Part shown: positions 1 through 9,762 of the stretch, piece by piece | Layout of the letters: the number at the start of each line of letters is the position of its first letter | Numbering within the stretch: position 1 is the first letter of the stretch | NCBI GenBank assembly: GCA_963664325.2 | Contig: CAXXDQ010000003.1 | Location: 864,001-928,000, forward strand | Length of the DNA stretch: 64,000 nt | Source: Desulfomonilia bacterium | GTDB lineage: Bacteria > Desulfobacterota > Desulfomonilia > UBA1062 | Direction of reading: 5' to 3' | Made by a program: the position numbers and the translations under genes | Notes under the pieces: generated by a model | Database searches by the model: none | What the model saw: the letters and a program-made list of their open reading frames with translations, nothing else | What the model was told of the DNA's origin: nothing

Positions 1-277
1 CAAAAATGTAAAGCTCTTCGAAATCAGGTCTCAACAGCGGCTCTCCGCCGGTGAATCTTACCTTCATACATCCGAGCCTTTCGGCCTGAATGAGTATCTC
101 CTTTATTTGTGCGGTGCCCATCTCGCTGTCTTTGGCCCTTCTGTCGTTTGCTGGTAGATTGATGCAGCAGTGGATGCAGTCGTTGTTGCACCTTTCGGTC
201 AGTTCTATATCAAGACTGCCTAACTTTGGGGCAATCGGCTTATACATTCCTTTTATCTGCCTGATATATTCGCTCAT
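1..277 (-). CDS. Radical SAM protein, N-terminal part only (runs off the window edge; missing from the ORF track)
   Basis: Manual translation from ATG at 277: MSEYIRQIKGMYKPIAPKLGSLDIELTERCNNDCIHCCINLPANDRRAKDSEMGTAQIKEILIQAERLGCMKVRFTGGEPLLRPDFEELYIF. It has the CxxxCxxC motif and GGEPLLR, and clearly parallels the N-terminus of 487..2508. Confidence 0.9.
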   Translation of the reverse strand, partial: MSEYIRQIKGMYKPIAPKLGSLDIELTERCNNDCIHCCINLPANDRRAKDSEMGTAQIKEILIQAERLGCMKVRFTGGEPLLRPDFEELYIF

Positions 278-293
278 AGTTGTTATTGTAATA

Positions 294-467
294 TTAACTC
301 AATAGAATTTCACTGCATGTATCACAAGCTTGGTAACACACCCCGCTTTCATCTGCGGGTGAACTTATCGGCTCAACCCCTTTACAGGATGCCAGTGCCA
401 TCTCTTCATGATTGCTCCGCACAAGTATGGTCAGTTCAGGTTTTTGCCATTCCTTTTTCTCTTCCAT
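294..467 (-). CDS. Putative RiPP precursor peptide, 57 aa (below the ORF-track cutoff)
   Basis: Manual translation: MEEKKEWQKPELTILVRSNHEEMALASCKGVEPISSPADESGVCYQACDTCSEILLS*. It has a WxxPxL leader motif, 4 Cys and a C-terminal Ser, and fills the gap between two co-oriented radical SAM genes (19 nt and 16 nt spacers). Confidence 0.8.
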   Translation of the reverse strand: MEEKKEWQKPELTILVRSNHEEMALASCKGVEPISSPADESGVCYQACDTCSEILLS

Positions 468-486
468 CACTATTCTCGTTTTAAAA

Positions 487-2508
487 TTATTTTACACGCG
501 CAGAAATCAGCATCTTTTCAATTTTTTCAACAATTACAGCTGACTTGTCAAAGTGCATTGTGAAGCATGGGATCTCATTTACTATCTGCTCCAGTACATC
601 GAGTTCCTTTCGCCACCATTCGGCAGTTACCATTGGCCGTATAAGCGTTGCGAGAAGCCCTTTCCATACTGCCTTTTTATCGGAGAGAGGTTCGATTTTG
701 TTTTTTGTGTCCTGTTTCAGAAAAAGGATCGCCTTTAGCGGAGCTGTTGAAGGAGATACATCTGCCGTAGTGCCGTGGCTCCATGTGCCGTGGACACGCC
801 AGCCTTCAGGCCATTTTCTTATGACATTCCTGTCGTCGCAAAGGATCTCGGCATTCAATCCGCTTTCTTTCCTGGCCGCCTTCAGTATTTCCATTGCCGT
901 TGACTTTCCCGCCTCGGAATGACCGACAAATACCAGGCCATGGCCGTTTATAATGGCGGCAGCCGAGTGTATGAGCACGGCGTTTCTGTCTGCAAGCAAG
1001 GGCCCAAGCCATATCTGGTCGGTCGGAAAGAGCGAGAGGGATTGAAATCCGGTATCTATTGTTCGCTCTTCGTCTCGTGGCGGGCTGTAGATTGTGGCAT
1101 GGGTATGGTCTGAATTGAATACAGCCACACGGTGCAGGCTGGGATCTTCGGGCCGGGGTGAGATGCCGAGATAATAGAACGCCCCGTTCTTTTCCGAGAT
1201 GGCCCATGGCGGCTTGCGGTAGATTTCCCGGCCAAGGTCTTTGCCGGTGAGGTCGGGAAGTTCGAAGTGGTGTCTTAATGTTACATTGTCATCGCCGGGT
1301 CCTGACACCTCGAATGCCTTCAGTTCTTCCTTGATTTTTATTATACTTAAATCAAGATCGCTTTCAATACGTACCGTGATGCCTGCAATCTGAAAATATT
1401 TTCTATGATTTTTCTTCCACATGGTCTTGAATTTCTGCGCTTCCTTCGCAACCTCACACAGATAAGGTACAGGTGCCGAAAACCTGCCTGTTTCAAGATA
1501 GGAATAAACCGCGCACCAGCGGCAGTCGGAACGATTGTCACACGAGCCGCAATTGTTGCGCCATTCCTCGCCTCCCCGAACCTTATCTGCGCAGGACGGG
1601 ATGAAAGCATCCCAGGCCTCTTTGAATGACCCTTTACGAATGTCATACCTCAAGGCAGGGTCTTTTATGAAGCTGCACCAGGACATCCCTCCATAGGGGT
1701 CGATATGAAAATCCCGGCGGCCTTCAATGCACCTGGCAAACAAACGGTCATCTCCGGGGGCGACAGATCCGCAGGCCGGATCATCTACTGCATTGTCATT
1801 CAATTCAGTTGTACGTTCATAATGCGAAAGATCTGGTTTGTCGAGTTCTATCACGTCACAGGGCTTAAGACGCTGACATGCAATTTCATGATTTCTCTCA
1901 GGGGAACCGCTGGATGACAGGTAGAGCCAGGGGGCACCGACACGCCAGTGTTTGCTGAGATGTTTCGCGAGTTCGATCATCTTATTCCACTGATGCCAAT
2001 TGGCGGCCATTGGAATGAGCTGGACTATAAAACCTGCACCTGCTTTCTTGAGATACGAAAAGCCCTGCATGACCTGTTCGAATCCGTGAGGATTGCCTGT
2101 AACATCCTCATATACCTTCGGGTCCGCTCCATAGAGGGCTATCATTTTACTGCCCTTGCGGGTAAGAAGACGGGCGATTTCATGGGTGATCAGCGTGCCG
2201 TTGGTGTTTATTGTGTATCCTATGGATTTGTTTGTTATGTAGTCGAATATATCGGCAAAATCCGGCCTGAGCATGGGCTCGCCGCCTGAAATTCCCCATT
2301 TCCTGCAGCCCATGCTTCGGGCTTCATCGATAATCCGCCTTATATTGTCAAAAGACATTTCTTCATTTTTCTCAGGGGAGTCCGCCGGAATCCTGAGCCA
2401 GCAGTGCCGGCACCGGTTGTTGCAGCGGTAGGTAAGATCTATATTCCCTTCAAGCGGGAGACGGGGCATGTATGAACACTTTCTTGATATATATGTCTTA
2501 TTATTCAT
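487..2508 (-). CDS. Radical SAM/SPASM protein fused to a C-terminal HprK-related P-loop kinase domain
   Basis: CNNRCRHC and GGEPMLR; SPASM cysteines (CIEG...SWC, CGSCDNRSDCRWC...YLC); C-terminal LIHSAA...GHSEAGKST (Walker A) and ILCDDR, typical of HPr kinase-like proteins. Confidence 0.85.
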   Translation of the reverse strand: MNNKTYISRKCSYMPRLPLEGNIDLTYRCNNRCRHCWLRIPADSPEKNEEMSFDNIRRIIDEARSMGCRKWGISGGEPMLRPDFADIFDYITNKSIGYTINTNGTLITHEIARLLTRKGSKMIALYGADPKVYEDVTGNPHGFEQVMQGFSYLKKAGAGFIVQLIPMAANWHQWNKMIELAKHLSKHWRVGAPWLYLSSSGSPERNHEIACQRLKPCDVIELDKPDLSHYERTTELNDNAVDDPACGSVAPGDDRLFARCIEGRRDFHIDPYGGMSWCSFIKDPALRYDIRKGSFKEAWDAFIPSCADKVRGGEEWRNNCGSCDNRSDCRWCAVYSYLETGRFSAPVPYLCEVAKEAQKFKTMWKKNHRKYFQIAGITVRIESDLDLSIIKIKEELKAFEVSGPGDDNVTLRHHFELPDLTGKDLGREIYRKPPWAISEKNGAFYYLGISPRPEDPSLHRVAVFNSDHTHATIYSPPRDEERTIDTGFQSLSLFPTDQIWLGPLLADRNAVLIHSAAAIINGHGLVFVGHSEAGKSTAMEILKAARKESGLNAEILCDDRNVIRKWPEGWRVHGTWSHGTTADVSPSTAPLKAILFLKQDTKNKIEPLSDKKAVWKGLLATLIRPMVTAEWWRKELDVLEQIVNEIPCFTMHFDKSAVIVEKIEKMLISARVK

Positions 2509-2884
2509 TTAATAATTTCATATATATTATTTTGTATTTATCAATAAGATTTATAGGCCAACGAATAAAAATGGTATGAAACAAGTATTCAACGTGATAC
2601 TTGAATCATATGCTGAAATCCCCCCGGTTACATATATGAATCTTCCCGGTATAGATATAGGAATATCAGCCCTTGAACCTGTTGTTTAGAATTGTTTTAA
2701 GATAGGTCATACTTCGGAACAGGGCGGTTATGATGTCATGGCCCGATCCATCAAATTTTTAAAATAATGCTAGAAAATATCAATGTGCTATAAAAGCATT
2801 ATATCAAGAGGGCTTGTCTTGTAGGCATATACTGCTATTATTAAAATATTATATAATTGTTTATTCAATTTGTGAGGGACGGAT

Positions 2885-4366
2885 ATGAAAAAATTGATCC
2901 TGCTTGTTTCAGTTCTGTTTGCCGGTTGTGTTCCTGCTGCAGTAAATGACGGAAAAGAACCGCCGGCCAACCAGTATCTTGCCGATTCACCATGGAATAT
3001 GACTCACCGGAATCCCTACTGCCAGGCGTCTTCCCCATATCCCGGACCGGACAAAGGCATAAGCGGCAAGGATTACATAATCGGGACGCCCGGCTGTATC
3101 ACCATGCCCATTTCAGGAAAATATCCTGACGGCAGCCGTGTCGTGTGGGGCAACAACCTGACAAATGTCTTCAAGCTGGGCACGAAAAACAACAAGTTAT
3201 CCGAGATCGATGAAATAAAAAAAGACTCAAGCGGCAGCGGAGACGGCGGCCTCGTCGAGAAGGGAATATCAGGTGCATATACTCTTATTGACAGGGACGG
3301 GGTGTTTTTCGTGCCCGATATGACAAGGATATTTGCATACTGCGATTCAGTAACGGGCGACCCGGGGTCAAAGATCAAAATAAAGGGTGTTTACAGCATT
3401 CCTGCCGGGTATCTGCATGGAGGTACGGATAAAATTGTCGGCCTTGTCATGACATATGACGGCATGCTCGTATTTGCAACGAACACGGGATTGATAGGTG
3501 CAGTTTCGCGAGGCTTCGACAGGGCATATTTCCTTTATCTCGGTGAGGATGATGAGTTGTCCAATTCAATTGCCTGCGATGAACAGGGTGGTATCTATGT
3601 CGTAACGAGCAGGAAGATGTACCGTGTCCAATGGACGGGGGCAGAGCTTACGACCGATGAAGCAAAAGGGGGCTGGACTGCCGATTATGAAACAGGCAGT
3701 GACCAGTCGGGGATTCGCCTCGGCAAGGGCTCAGGCACAACCCCGACACTTATGGGCGTGGGCAGACAGGACAGGTTTGTAGCCATAACCGACGGGAGTG
3801 AACTCATGAACATGGTTTTGTTCTGGCGTGATAAGATTCCTGAAGGCTGGCAACAGATTCCAGGTACAAAAGACAGGAGGATTGCAGCGCAGGTGCCGGT
3901 AAGGTTCGGCGACTCTGATGCGAAGCATTCGCAGACGGACCAGTCTCTGTGTGTCCGCGGTTACGGTGCCGTTGTTGTCAACAATGAACTCGGTGCAGAT
4001 CTTGGCAGCCGGACGCTCAACATCATTATTTCCGGGGTCCCAGGCATAGCACCCAAGGGCATTGAAAAATTCGAATGGAATCCTGAAACAAGGACGCTCT
4101 CATCTGTCTGGGCAAACAGGCAGATATCGATACCCAACGGCATACCCTGCATGAGCGCCGCAACCGGCCTTTGCTATGCAATCGGAAAGCGAGGCATATT
4201 CTGGACGCTCGAGGCTCTTGACTGGAATACAGGAGAATCTGTTTTTTATTCAAACATAGGAATAGGCCTTCAATACAACAGCGCATATGCAGCGACGCAG
4301 GTAGGGCTTGAAGGTTGCATATACTCCGGAACGGCAATCGGGCTTGTAAATCTCAGGCCTGAATAA
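2885..4366 (+). CDS. Lipoprotein of unknown function, probably beta-propeller-like
   Basis: 493-aa ORF; lipobox LFAGC; GAGGGA RBS; beta-rich, Gly/Asp/Trp-rich composition. Confidence 0.6.
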   Translation: MKKLILLVSVLFAGCVPAAVNDGKEPPANQYLADSPWNMTHRNPYCQASSPYPGPDKGISGKDYIIGTPGCITMPISGKYPDGSRVVWGNNLTNVFKLGTKNNKLSEIDEIKKDSSGSGDGGLVEKGISGAYTLIDRDGVFFVPDMTRIFAYCDSVTGDPGSKIKIKGVYSIPAGYLHGGTDKIVGLVMTYDGMLVFATNTGLIGAVSRGFDRAYFLYLGEDDELSNSIACDEQGGIYVVTSRKMYRVQWTGAELTTDEAKGGWTADYETGSDQSGIRLGKGSGTTPTLMGVGRQDRFVAITDGSELMNMVLFWRDKIPEGWQQIPGTKDRRIAAQVPVRFGDSDAKHSQTDQSLCVRGYGAVVVNNELGADLGSRTLNIIISGVPGIAPKGIEKFEWNPETRTLSSVWANRQISIPNGIPCMSAATGLCYAIGKRGIFWTLEALDWNTGESVFYSNIGIGLQYNSAYAATQVGLEGCIYSGTAIGLVNLRPE

Positions 4367-4429
4367 TATAGTTCAATTTAAAAACTCTGCGGCAGGTGAT
4401 CCTGTCATAACATGGCTTGGAGGTTGGGG

Positions 4430-6064
4430 ATGAGGAATGTAAGGGTAACTGGTTGTATTCCGGTTTTTATTCTGCTGCTGGCCGTTGCTGTTGCCGGATG
4501 CAATGTTTCCGGAAAGGTTACCGAAGCGGGCACTGGCATTGCCGGCCTTGCCGTGAAATTGAGCGGAGACAAAACCGCAAGCACAGTAACCGATGCCCAG
4601 GGCAATTATAAGTTTTCAGTCGGCTATGGGAGTTATACCGTAATCCCGGGCCCTGACGGGGGTGAGGTTTTCTTGCCTGCCGCCAGACAGGTCTATGTGA
4701 GAAGCTTTGGAGGGGCAAAAGCCGATTTTTCAAGGCTAAGCGATAACAACGTTTACTGGGACCCGTCGCTTGTGGTGCCGATCCAGTCACATCCTGATAT
4801 TCGTGGATTCAAAGTAATCAGGGGCCTGATCCATATGCACTCGATATATTCGCATGACGCGTGCGACAACAAACCTTTCATTGACGGCAAGCCCAACACG
4901 GAATGCCTTTGCCAGCTTCGCGAGGCTGTTTGCACGACCAATCAGCAGTTTGTGATGATGTCCGACCATTCCGACAATTTCGCATGGCATGAATTCCCCG
5001 ATGTATTGCTCTATCAGCCCGAAGAAGGTGACGAACTGGTCTATAAGGATGGCAGGCCGGTAGCGAATATAATCAAATGCGACTGCGGAAACAATACAAT
5101 AATAACTGCCGGAAGCGAAAACAACCTCATGCCCATAGGGCTCAAAAGGATGCCTGACGGCACTCCTGAAGAGCGGAACACGTTATTTAGGAGTACGAGT
5201 GTAGATACGGTGGATAAACTTCATGCATTAGGCGCCATGGTTTTTGTTACACACCCGGAAAGCTGGATAACTTCAGATCTGCTTGACCTGCCGATAGACG
5301 GCATCGACGTCTACAACCTGCATGCTAATATTGATCCCGGCATCAGAGAGGATTATTTAGGGCTTCCATCCCTTGGATTTATTCCGGGCATACTGGATAT
5401 GCTTACACCTTCATGGGCCGATGCCCACCCGGACCTTTTGCTGCTGAGTTTTCTTGAAGAATTGAAGCCCGATCTTACCCATTGGGACAAGCTCCTTTAC
5501 TATCGCCACACGACCGGTTTTATGGCAACGGATGCCCACCGGAATTCCCTGCCTTTCCTTCTTCCGGACGGAGACAGGGGTGACAGCTACCGCCGTATGA
5601 TGAGATGGTTTGCCAACTATGTCCTTGTAACGGACCGGGGTCTTGAAGAAATAGAAAACGCCGTCTATAAAGGCCGCATGTATGGTGCTTTCCAGGTGTT
5701 CGGTGAGCCGGTCGGATTTGATTTTTATGCCGAAGCAGGTAGCCAAACCTTTGAAATGGGAGATAATGTATCTTTGGCCGAGTCTCCCGTACTGCATATA
5801 AAAGCCCCCGAATTTTTCAGAATGGATCCTAGCCTCGATAAACCCGAACTGAGGATCAGCCTTATAAAGGCAGGTCAGGACGGAGGAACGGTGGTGGCAG
5901 GGAGTCTGAATTCAGACCTTGCTTACGCTGTGACCGAAAAAGGTGCATATAGAGCTGAAATCAGGATTGTTCCCTACCATCTCAGGAAATGGCTTGGAGA
6001 CCATACCAAACCGTTTATAAAGGAGTACCCCTTTATTTATGCAAACCCTATTTTTATAAATTGA
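4430..6064 (+). CDS. Lipoprotein with carboxypeptidase-regulatory-like (Ig-like) domain and PHP-fold metallohydrolase domain
   Basis: GGAGG at 4419-4423 supports ATG 4430; lipobox VAGC; SGKVT...TVTDAQGNYKF; PHP motifs HMHSIYSHD, SDH, THP, TDAH. Confidence 0.7.
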   Translation: MRNVRVTGCIPVFILLLAVAVAGCNVSGKVTEAGTGIAGLAVKLSGDKTASTVTDAQGNYKFSVGYGSYTVIPGPDGGEVFLPAARQVYVRSFGGAKADFSRLSDNNVYWDPSLVVPIQSHPDIRGFKVIRGLIHMHSIYSHDACDNKPFIDGKPNTECLCQLREAVCTTNQQFVMMSDHSDNFAWHEFPDVLLYQPEEGDELVYKDGRPVANIIKCDCGNNTIITAGSENNLMPIGLKRMPDGTPEERNTLFRSTSVDTVDKLHALGAMVFVTHPESWITSDLLDLPIDGIDVYNLHANIDPGIREDYLGLPSLGFIPGILDMLTPSWADAHPDLLLLSFLEELKPDLTHWDKLLYYRHTTGFMATDAHRNSLPFLLPDGDRGDSYRRMMRWFANYVLVTDRGLEEIENAVYKGRMYGAFQVFGEPVGFDFYAEAGSQTFEMGDNVSLAESPVLHIKAPEFFRMDPSLDKPELRISLIKAGQDGGTVVAGSLNSDLAYAVTEKGAYRAEIRIVPYHLRKWLGDHTKPFIKEYPFIYANPIFIN

Positions 6065-6083
6065 TTGAATATTGAGTAAGTAA

Positions 6084-6130
6084 AGTTCATGACAGCGGAG
6101 ATCAGGACATCTGTTCCGGTGTCATGAACT
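6084..6130 (+). terminator. Stem-loop downstream of the lipoprotein gene
   Basis: AGTTCATGACA-G-CGGA ... TCCG-G-TGTCATGAACT inverted repeat; no strong U-tract. Confidence 0.45.
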
Positions 6131-6245
6131 CATTCATAAGGAAATTCCCGGGAAATTAAAAAAATCCTAATCCTATTAAGAAAAAAGCCGTTAAGTAAAT
6201 CATCAATAGCCACAGGCAAATAATCTATAAATATGGGGGTTTATA

Positions 6246-7337
6246 ATGGATCCTTCTGAAGCGGCTGTAACTCCTTTCAAAATTGATGAAATCCTCAGGA
6301 GAATGGTAGATTCAAAAGCCTCCGACCTTCATCTTGTAGTGGGTTCTCCGCCCAATGCCCGTATAGACGGCAAGCTTGTTTCGCTTTCGGAGTACGGTAT
6401 TATAAATAATGAAATGCTCAAGGAGGCCCTTTATTCTGTGATTTCAGATGAACAGAAAAAGGCATTTGAAAAAAACAGGGAACTTGATTTTTCCTACAGT
6501 ATGCCCAAGATTTCACGTTTCAGAGGGAACATGCTCTACCAGCGCAATACTCTTGGCGCAGTATTCCGTGCAATTCCTGCTAACCCGCCTACGATCGAGG
6601 AATTGAATCTTCCTGCGATAATCACAACGCTGAGCAAAAAACCCCGTGGACTCGTCCTCGTAACGGGCCCGACCGGGAGCGGCAAGTCAACGACATTAGC
6701 ATCCATGGTGGATTATATAAACAGGACAAGGGCCGAACATATCGTAACCATAGAAGACCCGATAGAGTTTTTGCATAAAAACCAGAAAAGCATAATAAGA
6801 CAGAGAGAACTTGGAAGCGATACGCTTTCTTTCGAAGAAGCATTAAAGCATGTTCTCAGGCAGGACCCCGATGTTATTCTCGTAGGCGAAATGAGGGACC
6901 TGGAAACCATATCACTGGCAGTAACTTCGGCCGAAACAGGACATCTTGTCTTCGCAACACTGCATACAACTAGCGCAGCTTCGACAATTGACAGGATCAT
7001 TGACGTATTTCCTCCGGGTCAGCAGGCCCAGATCAGAATGCAACTGTCCACCACACTGGAAGGGATCATCTGTCAGACGCTTGTGCCAAAAAAGGAAGGT
7101 AAGGGGAGGGCATGCGCAATGGAGATCCTTGTTGGTACAATGGGTGTCAGAAATCTGATCAGGGAAGGTAAAACGCATATGATAGTTAACATGCTGCAGG
7201 CCGGAGTAAAAGACGGCATGCAGACCCTTAACTCGGCTCTTCACAAGCTTGTCGTAAGCGGTGCAATTTCTGTGGATGATGCGCTGTTAAAGTCCAGCCA
7301 GCCTGATGAACTCAAAAACCTCCTGGGGAGGGCTTAA
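6246..7337 (+). CDS. pilT: Type IV pilus retraction ATPase PilT
   Basis: ASDLHL, GPTGSGKST, TIEDPIE, LRQDPDVILVGEMRD, TGHLVFATLHT and VRNLIRE motifs. Confidence 0.93.
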   Translation: MDPSEAAVTPFKIDEILRRMVDSKASDLHLVVGSPPNARIDGKLVSLSEYGIINNEMLKEALYSVISDEQKKAFEKNRELDFSYSMPKISRFRGNMLYQRNTLGAVFRAIPANPPTIEELNLPAIITTLSKKPRGLVLVTGPTGSGKSTTLASMVDYINRTRAEHIVTIEDPIEFLHKNQKSIIRQRELGSDTLSFEEALKHVLRQDPDVILVGEMRDLETISLAVTSAETGHLVFATLHTTSAASTIDRIIDVFPPGQQAQIRMQLSTTLEGIICQTLVPKKEGKGRACAMEILVGTMGVRNLIREGKTHMIVNMLQAGVKDGMQTLNSALHKLVVSGAISVDDALLKSSQPDELKNLLGRA

Positions 7338-7501
7338 ACAGTAATTTAAGCCAGGCAATGCAGCCTAATGCATATCCCTCCGGAAACAACCTGCCATAAA
7401 GCATGACGTGATCAGCCTGTATGAGGGCTCATGCAGCCCTGTATATGAAGATTTCCGGATGTCATGTTAAATGATACAATAAAATGCCAAGAAAACCTTA
7501 T

Positions 7502-7519
7502 TGATACAATATTGAATCA
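7502..7519. promoter_or_regulatory. Imperfect palindrome, candidate enhancer-binding-protein site upstream of the amtB sigma-54 promoter
   Basis: TGATACAAT-ATTGAATCA (1 mismatch); a second TGATACAAT half-site lies at 7472-7480. Confidence 0.45.
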
Positions 7520-7570
7520 TATAAATCGATAAATAATAAATATATGTAATAAATCAAACCAGTTATAACG

Positions 7571-7586
7571 TGGCATAGCTCTTGCT
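7571..7586 (+). promoter_or_regulatory. Sigma-54 (-24/-12) promoter of the amtB-glnK operon
   Basis: TGGCAT-AGCTC-TTGCT matches TGGCAC-N5-TTGCW, about 40 nt before the amtB ATG. Confidence 0.8.
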
Positions 7587-7625
7587 GTTATTAGTCTGAC
7601 AAAACAACAAAGGGAGGAAACAGTT

Positions 7626-9198
<1,573 letters not shown>

Positions 9199-9204
9199 TC
9201 ATGA

Positions 9205-9240
9205 CAGGGACGGAATCGGGATTCAATCCTTCCGTCCCTG
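9205..9240 (+). terminator. Stem-loop between glnK and the second P-II gene
   Basis: CAGGGACGGAA ... TTCCGTCCCTG perfect 11-bp stem followed by CTTT. Confidence 0.6.
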
Positions 9241-9273
9241 CTTTAACAAACAGCAAAGGAGCAAAGATAACTC

Positions 9274-9612
9274 ATGAAGAGAATTGAAGCTGTGATTCGT
9301 CCTGATAAGGTTGAAAATGTATGTGAAACATTGAATAAATCGGGGCAAAAAGGGGTCATGCTTTCACTTATTGAGGACAGGAGCACGAACGATCATTTAA
9401 AGGCCCTGGTCAGGGGAAATTATTACAATATCGATACGATGATGGCAAAAATAGAGGTGACGGTAAAGGATGGCGAAGCAGCCATGGTGGCTGACTTAAT
9501 CAGAGAAGCTGCATCTACAGGCACAATCGGTGACGGTGAAATATTTATCCATCCTGTTGATGATACAATGATAGTCAGCACCGGTTTGTGGTCCGGCAGG
9601 AGGACAAGATAG
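9274..9612 (+). CDS. Divergent P-II family protein
   Basis: MKRIEAVIRP, KIEV and TGTIGDGEIF align with P-II; the effector-binding motifs are degenerate; AAGGAG RBS. Confidence 0.8.
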   Translation: MKRIEAVIRPDKVENVCETLNKSGQKGVMLSLIEDRSTNDHLKALVRGNYYNIDTMMAKIEVTVKDGEAAMVADLIREAASTGTIGDGEIFIHPVDDTMIVSTGLWSGRRTR

Positions 9613-9762
9613 CTTCTGCAACAGATATCATTTCCCTTGGTTAATATTTTTTTCAGAAACTTTTATTACAGATTAAATATTGTCAAGTCTGAAAAACCGG
9701 CTGATGTCTTGTGAAGAGAAAGATACAAATTCGATTACAAATTTATGAGAGGAGATATTCTT

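Noticed and set aside
90-305. 71-aa plus-strand ORF in the track
   Set aside because: It is antisense to the truncated radical SAM gene, which has clear motifs; shadow ORF.
2576-2689. 37-aa plus-strand ORF (MKQVFNVILESYAEIPP...) as a possible second precursor
   Set aside because: Opposite strand to the cluster, no RBS, no leader motif and no Cys.
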